Under the pieces are notes generated by a model, which was not told the origin of the DNA, did no database searches, and saw only the letters and a program-made list of their open reading frames with translations. From the NCBI GenBank assembly GCA_002423895.1, contig DIOL01000035.1:2161-66160 (forward strand): 64,000 nt of DNA, written 5' to 3'. Positions 1 to 8,730 of this stretch are shown here, piece after piece. Numbering within the stretch: position 1 is the stretch's first letter; each line of letters starts with the position of its first letter. The position numbers were made by a program, and so were the translations under genes. The stretch is from Bacteroidales bacterium UBA5515. GTDB lineage: Bacteria; Bacteroidota; Bacteroidia; Bacteroidales; P3.

Positions 1-955
1 ATTTATTCAGTAATTCTCTTTGCTCTTGAACCTGTTTTAATTTATCAATATTATCACTGATAATTTTATCATGTTTTTCTTTTAGTTTTGCTTGTGTGTT
101 TTCTCCTCTATTTACTGTTGTTTTTTTAAGAATTCTAACCTCTACATTCTTTTTACTTCCCTGAGATTGTCTTTTTGCTTGTCTTTGAATTATCTCTCTG
201 GCTTTTTTCTGAGCTTCATTGACTTTCTTTTTCTCATAATTGATTTCATTTATAATAGCATTATCTTCTATCTCTTTTTGATTTTCATAGAAAGAGTAGT
301 TACCACCATAAAGATTGATGCCATTATGTGATATTTCATACATTGCTTCTAATTGGTTAAGCAGAGTTATATCATGACTTACTACAAGCATTGTAGCTTT
401 TGTTTGCTCGATATAATTATAAAGTAATTCTCTGCTTGATAAATCAAGATGATTGGTAGGTTCATCAAATAAAATAATTTTAGGATTAAAAATGTTTAGT
501 TTAGATAAATATACTTTGATTCTTTCTCCTCCGCTTAATTGACTGATTTCAGTGTTAAGATTTAAATATGATAACCCCCAGTAACTTAAAGCAATTTCAC
601 ATTTAGTTTCAATATCCCAATCGTCTTCAAGAATATCGAAATCTGTTTGAGATATACTCCCATTGGCAATTGCATTTAAAGCTACAATTTTTTTATCAAC
701 GCCAAGCATATTGGCAACATTTGAAAAATTGCTTTCAATCAGTTGTGGAATATAAACAGGTTTGGAGCCTAAATAAATATCTCCTGAAACAGGTTTCAAG
801 TAACCTGCAATTAGTTTTAATAATGTAGATTTTCCTCTTCCATTATTACCAACTAAGCCGCATTTAGAATTATTATTTATAGATAAACTTAAATGTTCAA
901 ATATATTTTTTTGATTTGGATAGTGATATGACAAATCACTTATAATTATACTCAT
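1..955 (-). CDS. ABC-F family ATPase, N-terminal part (3' end runs off the window)
   Basis: The minus-strand translation from the ATG at 955 reads MSIIISDLSYHYPNQ...GLVGNNGRGKSTLLKLIAG (Walker A). Further on come QLSGGE (ABC signature), ILFDEPTNHLD (Walker B) and a charged linker. The frame stays open to position 1. This ORF is not in the supplied track. Confidence 0.85.
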   Translation of the reverse strand, partial: MSIIISDLSYHYPNQKNIFEHLSLSINNNSKCGLVGNNGRGKSTLLKLIAGYLKPVSGDIYLGSKPVYIPQLIESNFSNVANMLGVDKKIVALNAIANGSISQTDFDILEDDWDIETKCEIALSYWGLSYLNLNTEISQLSGGERIKVYLSKLNIFNPKIILFDEPTNHLDLSSRELLYNYIEQTKATMLVVSHDITLLNQLEAMYEISHNGINLYGGNYSFYENQKEIEDNAIINEINYEKKKVNEAQKKAREIIQRQAKRQSQGSKKNVEVRILKKTTVNRGENTQAKLKEKHDKIISDNIDKLKQVQEQRELLNK

Positions 956-1159
956 AATAAATAATTAAATTTACCTCGAAAAGGTAAGGTTAAACCGAAT
1001 AAATTAAAACTTTTCTTGTGGAGTCGGTTTATTAAACCAACATTTAATTATTTTTCTTCATAAGAGTATTCTTTTTTATTTCTGCAAAGATATAAATATT
1101 TATTATAATGCCAAAAAAATAATTAGTTGAGCTTGAAAAACATATTTGCTAATAAATAT

Positions 1160-2326
1160 TTACTGAAATGAATATTCCTTATCATCCATCAATAATATTT
1201 TAAATTCATCTATTTCTTTTAGTTCGTCAAATGTCTTAATTTCTTTATTGGTTTCTCTCTTATCTGTAAATTCTGATTCAGAAAAGTAAACATTATTGAT
1301 ATTGAATAATCCCTTGTATTCATTTATTCCTTCTTCAACAATATATTCCTTTTTTATTTTTTCAAATCCTTCTTTTGGTATTATTTCCATTATACTTTTT
1401 TGAAATACATTATTTATAAGATATTTACCATTATATTTTGTATAGTTGTGTACTGAATAAACTTTATGAATTTTAGACTTATAATATAAGCCATTAAAGA
1501 ACTTTTCATTAGCATTCATGTCAATTATAACTTCTATTTTAGTAATTGTAAAATCATTACAATTAATAAAAAATTTAGTGATGCGAGGATTAACTCTAAC
1601 ATAAAAAGGAATAATAACCGGTTTATTATTTTTGTTATTCATAGTTATAATATAAGACGATTCATTATTGCTATCATATACAATATCCATACTATACTCA
1701 AAACTATTAAGGATTGATTTTAAATAATCCATTTGTGTTACAAAATCTATCTGTTTAATATTAAATTCTGATGCCCCACTATTGATAGTTTGCATATTGC
1801 TATACAAAGGTTTGATTTCAAGATTATGATCGTCATATCCTTTATGTTTATATATTCCTTTTAGATTGTTCATGAAGAAAACACTATCTTTATTTATCCC
1901 TATTTGATTATACGAAACATCTAAATAAATATTAGAAGTATAATAGTTATCATCTATTCTTTTTAAAGCTTCTTTAATAACGGCCTTTGCAGTCATTCCT
2001 GTTATTGTTACTTCTGAAAGAGTTCTTGCCTGAGGAGTTAATCTGATTATTTTGGTTTTTGAAAGTTCTTCAAAACTAAGTTTTTTAGATTTATATCCAA
2101 TACAACTAAAAACAAGATTATTATTAACTTTAATATTTGAAATAGAAAAGAAACCTCTGTCATCTGTAATTGTTCCAAGAGGTTTTCCTTCAACTCCAAT
2201 ATTTACAAAAGGGATAGATTCTTTTGTTTTTTCATCAATTACTTTTCCTTGAAAACTGTTTTTCTGTGAAAAAGATAGGATTGGAAAAAGCAACAATATA
2301 CTAACAATCAATAGTGAGTTTTTCAT
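1160..2326 (-). CDS. Secreted CarboxypepD_reg-like domain protein
   Basis: Signal peptide followed by FQGKVIDEKTKESIPFVNIGVEGKPLGTITDDRGFFSI, typical of the carboxypeptidase regulatory-like fold. Paralogous to 14107-15309. Confidence 0.7.
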   Translation of the reverse strand: MKNSLLIVSILLLFPILSFSQKNSFQGKVIDEKTKESIPFVNIGVEGKPLGTITDDRGFFSISNIKVNNNLVFSCIGYKSKKLSFEELSKTKIIRLTPQARTLSEVTITGMTAKAVIKEALKRIDDNYYTSNIYLDVSYNQIGINKDSVFFMNNLKGIYKHKGYDDHNLEIKPLYSNMQTINSGASEFNIKQIDFVTQMDYLKSILNSFEYSMDIVYDSNNESSYIITMNNKNNKPVIIPFYVRVNPRITKFFINCNDFTITKIEVIIDMNANEKFFNGLYYKSKIHKVYSVHNYTKYNGKYLINNVFQKSIMEIIPKEGFEKIKKEYIVEEGINEYKGLFNINNVYFSESEFTDKRETNKEIKTFDELKEIDEFKILLMDDKEYSFQ

Positions 2327-2448
2327 ATATTTATATCTAAAAATGGTAATGTAATATATTTATAACTTAAATACTAACTGCAAACTTACTTAGATATTTT
2401 AAAGATGCAAAATTATTTGGAATATATTTTTAAACCACTTCTCCCAAC

Positions 2449-2484
2449 AAAAAAAACTCCAAGAGATAAGGAGTTCTCTTGGAG
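2449..2484 (-). terminator. Rho-independent terminator of hydG
   Basis: 10-bp stem CTCCAAGAGA/TCTCTTGGAG with an 8-nt loop, followed on the minus strand by a T-run. Confidence 0.75.
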
Positions 2485-2547
2485 TTTAAATCAACTTTTA
2501 GGAGGAAAGTTAATTTTTTGAAGGTATATCGTTACAAATCTATTTCT

Positions 2548-3954
2548 TTAAAAATACAAGTCTCTTTGACCGTTGTGAATGTTTTGAAGATTTTCTTCAA
2601 TTTTCTTTTGAAGTTGTGGTTTTGGAACTTCATTCTTCATTTTTTCGATTAATGCCAATCCTTTTCTCTTGGTTTCTTCTGATGCGAAGTCTTCAAGATA
2701 TTCCTGGAAGGTAAACATAGCATTTGGCAAGCAGAATTCTTTTATCAAACCTGGTTTGGCTAAATCCATAAAGTCGTGTCCAACTCTACCTTTACGATAA
2801 CAACCTGTGCAGAATGAAGGAATATAACCAGCATCTGCCAATGAAGAAATTACTTCATCCAATGTTCTGTGGTCACCAGTTGAGAATTGAGTTCCAGTTC
2901 CTTCTTCATCATGTGCATAAGAGCCAGGATTGGTTTTAGAAGCAGCTGAAACTTGGCTGACTCCATATTTAATTAATTCATTTCTCATTTGGTCGTTTTC
3001 TCTTGTTGAAAGAATAATACCAGTGTAAGGAAGTGCGATACGAATAATGGCAACAAGCTTTTTGAAATCATCATCACTTACTGGTGAAGGAATGTTTTCG
3101 GCAGTAGGAGCTCCAACAGCTGGTTCCATTCTTGGAACAGAAACAGTGTGAGGTCCACATCCATAAGCTCTTTCAAGATGGTTGGCATGTTCAATCATTG
3201 CCAACACTTCAAATCTGTAATCTATCAATCCCAATAAAGCACCAATCCCAACATCATCAACACCGCCTTCCATTGCTCTATCCATAACAGTTAAACGATA
3301 AAGATAATCAGCCTTTGGTGTTCCTTTTGGATGGAATTGTTCATACATTACTTCATCGTAGGTTTCCTGGAAACAAACATAAGTACCAATCTTTTCAGCT
3401 TTAAGTCTTGCAAAGTCGTTAACTTCCATTGGAGCAAGTTCAACATTAATTCTTCTTACATAATCTTTTCCATCTCTTTCTCTAACTCCATAAGTTGTTC
3501 TAAGAGCTTCAATCATATAATCAGTACCATTATAATTGTTTTCTCCACAAATCAAAAGCACTCTTTTATGTCCTTGTTTCAATAGGGCAGAAGTTTCCTG
3601 TGCAATTTCATCCATTGTTAAAATCTTTCTCTTAATTTGATGATTATCTTTTCGGAAAGAACAATAGGTGCAATTGTTTACACATACATTTCCAGTATAT
3701 AAAGGAGCAAACAAAACTAATCGCTTGCCATAAATATCTTCTTTAATGATTTTAGCAGTTTCCATAATCTTATGGATTTGTGCTTTGTCTTCCACTCTAA
3801 GTAATGCTCCAACATCTCCCAATCCAATTCCTTTAAGTTTAAGGGCTTGGTTTAATATTTCATCAACTTGGCTATCTGTTGGTGCTTCTCCTTCAATTAT
3901 TGAATAAAGTTTATCTCTATCAATAAAGTTCTTGTGTCTTTCTGCTATATTCAT
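2548..3954 (-). CDS. hydG: [FeFe]-hydrogenase maturase HydG (radical SAM tyrosine lyase)
   Basis: CNNCTYCSF radical-SAM cluster motif, and a C-terminal CTGC-x22-C motif (CX2CX22C) that distinguishes HydG from ThiH. The 468-aa length fits. Confidence 0.9.
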   Translation of the reverse strand: MNIAERHKNFIDRDKLYSIIEGEAPTDSQVDEILNQALKLKGIGLGDVGALLRVEDKAQIHKIMETAKIIKEDIYGKRLVLFAPLYTGNVCVNNCTYCSFRKDNHQIKRKILTMDEIAQETSALLKQGHKRVLLICGENNYNGTDYMIEALRTTYGVRERDGKDYVRRINVELAPMEVNDFARLKAEKIGTYVCFQETYDEVMYEQFHPKGTPKADYLYRLTVMDRAMEGGVDDVGIGALLGLIDYRFEVLAMIEHANHLERAYGCGPHTVSVPRMEPAVGAPTAENIPSPVSDDDFKKLVAIIRIALPYTGIILSTRENDQMRNELIKYGVSQVSAASKTNPGSYAHDEEGTGTQFSTGDHRTLDEVISSLADAGYIPSFCTGCYRKGRVGHDFMDLAKPGLIKEFCLPNAMFTFQEYLEDFASEETKRKGLALIEKMKNEVPKPQLQKKIEENLQNIHNGQRDLYF

Positions 3955-3974
3955 ATCTTTGTTTATTAATTTTT

Positions 3975-4229
3975 TTATCTGTTATTTCCCTTAGCCAAAA
4001 TAGATTTCACTTCAACGTTTTCCAATCTACCCAACTTTCCTGTTAGAGCATTGATTTCGTTGCTTGTTGATTCAATAACTAAGGTGATTATGTGCAAACC
4101 TTTATCTAAAAGAGGTAAGCCCTGACGAGCCAAAATGGAATCAGAATACTCTGACAATAAACTATTGACAGTAGAAGCTACCGCTTTATCATAAATAACA
4201 ATTGAGATTGTTCCAATTCTCTTTTCCAT
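3975..4229 (-). CDS. TM1266-like putative iron-only hydrogenase system regulator (ACT-like)
   Basis: An 84-aa protein directly upstream of hydG. Size and sequence style (ISIVIYD...ARQGLPL...IITLVIE) match the small ACT-like proteins found with hydEFG. Confidence 0.65.
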   Translation of the reverse strand: MEKRIGTISIVIYDKAVASTVNSLLSEYSDSILARQGLPLLDKGLHIITLVIESTSNEINALTGKLGRLENVEVKSILAKGNNR

Positions 4230-4521
4230 TAGTCCTGCTTTTGGATTAGATTAATAAATATTTTTGTTTAATAGATTGATTTTACTCGCTTTGCGAAAGA
4301 GTTCCATAAATGAAAGTCTTATCACTCAGGTTTCAAATACGCTGCAAAGATACAAAAGATTTCTTTAATCAATTATTTTTAAGTAGAAAAATTGTTAAAA
4401 GCTTCATTAAACTCAATCTCTTGCTTATTTCTGATAAATAATAAAGACCTTTAACCAGAAAATCAAAGATTTAAACTAACGAAATGCCGTTTAGAAAAAT
4501 TTTTGCTTGATATAAAACTGA

Positions 4522-4631
4522 TATAATGCCATTAAATGATAAGTATAATGCCATTATACTTCCCATATAATGCCATTAAACCATCAATATAATGGCATTA
4601 TACCGAGAATATAATGGCATTATACTAAAAT
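4522..4631. repeat. Phased palindrome array A: 5 units of TATAATG(C/G)CATTA(TA), period exactly 22 bp
   Basis: Units start at 4522, 4544, 4566, 4588 and 4610. The first three carry a GCC centre and the last two GGC, i.e. the opposite orientation. A degenerate AAACTTCGTTT unit follows in phase at 4633. Confidence 0.9.
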
Positions 4632-4711
4632 TAAACTTCGTTTGATAAGATTTAGATAAGGATTTCTGACATGTATTCCTTATAAATCAGCTTTATAAAT
4701 TGAGGGAAATT

Positions 4712-5932
4712 CTATTTCTCCCTAATTCGAATAACATTAACAAGAGTATCTTTCTTTGTCAGGGTGATGCCATGAGAGGAGTAAAGCATGTTTTTCTTTT
4801 CTTCAAAGGTTTTTTGTTTGTAAAGACGGTTAAAATCTACCCAAACAATATTATTTGAAACTCCTTTTTGAGGTATTATTGTTGGAGTTTCTTCTCTTGA
4901 TGCTATTGTGCCTCTTGAAAGCTCACTACATAAAGCAAATACAGATGTTTTAAAAAGTGGATCTTTGCTTTCCCAATCCTCACCCTTATCAATTATCTTA
5001 TCCCAATCTTTTACATTAAGAACATAAACCTCACGTTTCTCTTTTATAGTATCAATCTTTAAGTCTGTATATTTACACAAATCGTCAATAACCGATTTAT
5101 AATCAATAAAACTATTTGTGTCTTTTTGTTTTACAAGCAAATCATAGTTTCTGAAACTTAAAATTTCATTTTGCTTAATCCAATATGTTTTAGTGTCATA
5201 AGCTCCAATTAGTCTTTCAGCAATAGAACCAAGTGTTGTGTTTTTAAAACTAATTGTTTCTCTTCCAAGTGTATTTGTTTTAACGGAATTATTGCCCCAT
5301 TCCATAGTTGTATTAGTAAAAGTGGCTTTATAAGTTTTTCCTTCAAAATTAATTGGTTTATCGGAATTAAAAAATAATCCCAGAGTAGCAATAGCAACAA
5401 AATTATTTAAAGCATGTGCAATTATGGAGGTGAGAAGATTAAATCTTAGTGTAAGATAGGAGCAAAACAAACCAATCCCAACATATTGAGGGAATGAGAG
5501 GAAGAAACTCATAGGTTGAAGGTTGCCATAATGCAAAGATGCAAAGGTTATTGAACTTAGAATAAGAAAAGAGTATAACCTGAGTTTGGGTTTGTCTTTC
5601 AGGAAAAAGATTATTAATAAGAATAGTACTGAGTATATAATTCCTCCATAAACATTGATTATTAAAACATATACAGTAGAAACTGCAAAACTAATCCAAA
5701 TCCATGCTTTTCTTTTACATGCCCATGAACGGAAAGCAATTTCTTCTGTAATTGGTGCAAAAATCACTGTAAGAAAGAGAACTAATCCCAGAGGTAAGTT
5801 GAAAAGGAACTTATAAATAGGATCATTAAATACATCTTGTTCTTTGTCAAAAAGTGTTCTAAGTAAAACTCCCAAAGCTATTAGGCAAAGAGATATGACC
5901 AATAAATAACGATAGTTTTTCTTTAAGTTCAT
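4712..5932 (-). CDS. CPBP (CAAX/Abi) family intramembrane protease fused to a roughly 210-aa soluble C-terminal domain
   Basis: Multi-TM N-terminal half with the EEIAFRSW and HALNNF motifs of the CPBP family. The C-terminal half is hydrophilic and I do not recognise it. Confidence 0.75.
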   Translation of the reverse strand: MNLKKNYRYLLVISLCLIALGVLLRTLFDKEQDVFNDPIYKFLFNLPLGLVLFLTVIFAPITEEIAFRSWACKRKAWIWISFAVSTVYVLIINVYGGIIYSVLFLLIIFFLKDKPKLRLYSFLILSSITFASLHYGNLQPMSFFLSFPQYVGIGLFCSYLTLRFNLLTSIIAHALNNFVAIATLGLFFNSDKPINFEGKTYKATFTNTTMEWGNNSVKTNTLGRETISFKNTTLGSIAERLIGAYDTKTYWIKQNEILSFRNYDLLVKQKDTNSFIDYKSVIDDLCKYTDLKIDTIKEKREVYVLNVKDWDKIIDKGEDWESKDPLFKTSVFALCSELSRGTIASREETPTIIPQKGVSNNIVWVDFNRLYKQKTFEEKKNMLYSSHGITLTKKDTLVNVIRIREK

Positions 5933-5962
5933 GGTTTTTATTGATTAATTATTATTTTCCAG

Positions 5963-5970
5963 CAAAGATA
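5963..5970 (-). promoter_or_regulatory. -7 box for the CPBP gene
   Basis: CAAAGATA on the plus strand, about 31 nt upstream of the start at 5932. Confidence 0.5.
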
Positions 5971-6032
5971 TATATTTTATTTTAAAAGAAGTATTTAATG
6001 ATAATTTTAAATCAAAAAACCATATAATGTTT

Positions 6033-6374
6033 CTAATTCTCTTTTTCTAAGTCTTTAAGTGCTTTCTTGTTTGATTTTCTTGATGTAAATACAAAGAAAA
6101 GGAATGTAAGAGGGAAGAATTTAATTGTATATGGAGTTCCCATTTCTTTTTCGTAATCAAAATAACCATAAATGCAGATTGAATAATAGATAACAATATA
6201 CGACAAAATAAATATAAGTAAAAACCTGCTTATCTTAATGTTTTGTTTAATGGCTTGAACTGGATTTTGTAGTTTTTTGTAATACTTATTGTAAGGGAAA
6301 TAGTAGATTACAAAATATAAAGCAAGTACAACTATGCTAATAATAATATCTACTAAGCTAAATTGAATATTCAT
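6033..6374 (-). CDS. Small integral membrane protein, unknown function
   Basis: The track ORF starts at a TTG (6407) that overlaps a -7 promoter box. The ATG at 6374 (MNIQFSL...) is the more likely start. Three predicted TM helices. Confidence 0.5.
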   Translation of the reverse strand: MNIQFSLVDIIISIVVLALYFVIYYFPYNKYYKKLQNPVQAIKQNIKISRFLLIFILSYIVIYYSICIYGYFDYEKEMGTPYTIKFFPLTFLFFVFTSRKSNKKALKDLEKEN

Positions 6375-6404
6375 ATCTTTTTTTGATTTATTAATATTTT
6401 CCAG

Positions 6405-6412
6405 CAAAGATA
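6405..6412 (-). promoter_or_regulatory. -7 box for the small membrane protein gene
   Basis: CAAAGATA on the plus strand, 31 nt upstream of the ATG at 6374. Confidence 0.5.
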
Positions 6413-6631
6413 TTGATTTTATTTTAGAAGGAGAGCTTAATGTTAGTTTTTAATGTGTAAACCAAAAATAGTATTAAACCCAAAGAGTGTAAATAGTATT
6501 TAGTATTAATTTCAATTCTGCAAACAATAATAAGGGATAAAAGAAAGGTAAAATCAAGTAAATAACTACAAAAACAAAATCTTAAACTAAATAAACAGGC
6601 TTTCAAACTAATTAAACTTCATTTCAATCTC

Positions 6632-6741
6632 AAAACAATGCCATTGTTTTGTCAAAACAACCGCATTGTTTTAGGCAAACAATGGCATTGTTTTAGTAAA
6701 ACAACCGCATTGTTTTGAGTAAACAATGGCATTGTTTTTAC
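6632..6741. repeat. Phased palindrome array B: 5 units of AAACAA(TGCC/CCGC/TGGC)ATTGTTTT, period exactly 22 bp with a 44-bp higher-order repeat
   Basis: Units start at 6632, 6654, 6676, 6698 and 6720. Segment 6654-6697 is nearly identical to 6698-6741. Confidence 0.9.
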
Positions 6742-6922
6742 ATCAAGTCCTTATAAAAATATTTTAATACTTGATTTAGTGAGATTAAAGTCTTGATAAA
6801 TCAGCTCTATTTCTTGTGTAATTTGATTGTTAAAAGATATATTTGAAAATAGGATAGGAGTTAAGAAATTTTTTCATAATATTGCATTCTATTTAATGGA
6901 AGTTATTTTCTTTAATTAAAGG

Positions 6923-7591
6923 ATGATGATGAAAAACAAAACTTTGATATTAATTTTGATTTGCTTTTTTGCTGTTAACACATTTGCTCAACAATGTGAT
7001 TCATGCAAAAGAGATTTTAAACTTCTATTAATAATAAAAGATAAATCAGAAATAAACTCAACCGATTTGGAAATGAGTTGGGGAATAACAAAGAACCTAT
7101 ATTATATTAAATATACAGATTATATAGATAGCGTTTCAAAAGGGACATCTTATGTTTCTCATAGCCTTACAAGAGTATTTTCAGATATATGTTTAATGGC
7201 TGATAGCATGTTAGGAGTTGATTATTATTTTAAATATTTAAGTTTAATAAATGGCTCTTCTGAAGAAGAACGTTCTTTCGCACTTGAAAGAATTTTTGTT
7301 AAATACCCTGTGATTGTTCTTAATAAAATAGGGGACAACAAAGAATGGCTTAATTATTTAACTTGGGGATTTATAAACAATAGATATTATGGAGCTGTAA
7401 ATCCATATGAAAAGGAAGATTATTCAGCAATGACTATTTATGAAGATTCTCAGAAACCTATCCTAAATAAAGAGAATTGCAGAAAAATATTCTTTGAAAC
7501 AAATCCAATCTTGAAGACAAAGTATAGTCAATATAGATATCAAATAGATTTTATAATAAATACTGCAATTGATAACTTAAAAGATAATTGA
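6923..7591 (+). CDS. Secreted hypothetical protein
   Basis: Signal peptide MMMKNKTLILILICFFAVNTFAQ. I recognise no domain. Confidence 0.55.
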   Translation: MMMKNKTLILILICFFAVNTFAQQCDSCKRDFKLLLIIKDKSEINSTDLEMSWGITKNLYYIKYTDYIDSVSKGTSYVSHSLTRVFSDICLMADSMLGVDYYFKYLSLINGSSEEERSFALERIFVKYPVIVLNKIGDNKEWLNYLTWGFINNRYYGAVNPYEKEDYSAMTIYEDSQKPILNKENCRKIFFETNPILKTKYSQYRYQIDFIINTAIDNLKDN

Positions 7592-7691
7592 GTAAGTAAA
7601 ATATAATAAAGCATTGTATTTTCATAATTGATTAACTTTGCTGAGTGTAATTATAAATAAGAGGATTAAGTGTTTTCTAAAAAATAATAAT

Positions 7692-8615
7692 ATGAAACGT
7701 GTATTTAAGATAATTGTTTTTTGTGCCTTTATAAGTTGTATAGGCTTTCAGTCATTTGCAATAAAACCTGATAGTGTTTATGTGATGCGTCCAGAGAATC
7801 TTGGTTTAATTTATAGAGATTTAAATGTAACAACTTCTGACGGATTGAAGATTAAAACATGGTTTTATCCTGCTCAACCTGCTCTTTCAGAAAAAGAAAT
7901 AAATGAAGCTTGGAATAATCCTGTCAAGAAACCTTATAAAACAATTGATAAAGAACCTCGCCCAACAATAATTATTGCTAATGGTGATGCAGGAAATATG
8001 TCTTACCAGCAAGTGCATTTTGCACTAAATTTTACTTCAAAAGGATATAATGTAGTAACTTTTGATTGGCGTGGTTTTGGAGAAAGCAGTGAGTGGGAGA
8101 TAAATAATGATTATTTAGTTTATTCGGAGTTCTTGCTTGATTATGATGCAGTAATAAAAGAAGTATTAAAACAAAATGAAGAGGTAGATACTAATAGAAT
8201 TGCTGTTTTTGGATGGTCAACAGGAGCATATCTTTCTATGGCAGCATCAAGTAAGTATGATAATATTAAAGCCTTTGTAGGTATTGGCTTAATTACTTCT
8301 TTTGATGATGTGCTTCCTCTTTTAAAACAATTACAAACCCATAAAGATCGTAATTTAATAGTCCCTGATAACTATCCTAAAGAATTATTGCCAGTAAACT
8401 TAGCACCAAACTATAACAAATCAACATTTCTAATAGTTGGAGAAAAAGATAATCGTACACCCGTTTGGATGAGCAAGAAAATATATTCATTACTACCTTC
8501 AAAGAAAGAGTTATGGATAGTTGAAGGAGCAGAGCATGGAGGGCAAAATGGTCCAATAAAAGATTTCAAACTTTTCGATGAAAGATTTATAGAGTTTTTG
8601 GATAAGAACTTGTAG
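7692..8615 (+). CDS. Secreted alpha/beta hydrolase
   Basis: GWSTGA nucleophile elbow (GxSxG), a late Asp, a His in EGAEHG, and a signal peptide from the ATG at 7692. The track start at 7638 is a TTG. Confidence 0.75.
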   Translation: MKRVFKIIVFCAFISCIGFQSFAIKPDSVYVMRPENLGLIYRDLNVTTSDGLKIKTWFYPAQPALSEKEINEAWNNPVKKPYKTIDKEPRPTIIIANGDAGNMSYQQVHFALNFTSKGYNVVTFDWRGFGESSEWEINNDYLVYSEFLLDYDAVIKEVLKQNEEVDTNRIAVFGWSTGAYLSMAASSKYDNIKAFVGIGLITSFDDVLPLLKQLQTHKDRNLIVPDNYPKELLPVNLAPNYNKSTFLIVGEKDNRTPVWMSKKIYSLLPSKKELWIVEGAEHGGQNGPIKDFKLFDERFIEFLDKNL

Positions 8616-8730
8616 AGATTAATAAAATTTGAGAAAGAAGTATTTATATAAAATAATTACATTTTCAGTTGAGAAATTGTGATAAATAGTAAATAAATAT
8701 AATTGAAGACTAATAAAATTACGATATAAT

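Noticed and set aside
92-331. Track ORFs lying antisense to or inside stronger genes: 92-331, 2052-2252, 3331-3585, 5209-5400, 11826-12180, 12585-12812, 14611-14817, 15401-15634, 17169-17381, 18509-18733, 22866-23060, 23615-23911, 24128-24664, 31454-31708, 32505-32837, 36012-36215, 37779-37979, 38974-39156, 44371-45356, 45753-48083 (plus-strand set), 50001-50525, 51574-51762, 52435-52647, 53826-54017, 58350-58970, 59556-59837, 60648-60842, 63493-63699.
   Set aside because: Each overlaps a longer ORF that has clear family motifs. Their translations are low-complexity or compositionally odd, as expected for shadow frames in AT-rich DNA.
6424-6606. 60-aa ORF between the small membrane protein gene and array B
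   Set aside because: Cys/Phe/Leu-rich low-complexity translation, no promoter box, and no recognisable features. Probably non-coding.
4629-6624. 14-bp direct repeat AATTAAACTTC(G/A)TTT as a target-site duplication of the CPBP islet
   Set aside because: It is short and AT-rich, and the left copy is equally well explained as the conserved terminal AAACTTCGTTT unit of array A. It is mentioned in the A/B finding but not called as an att site.
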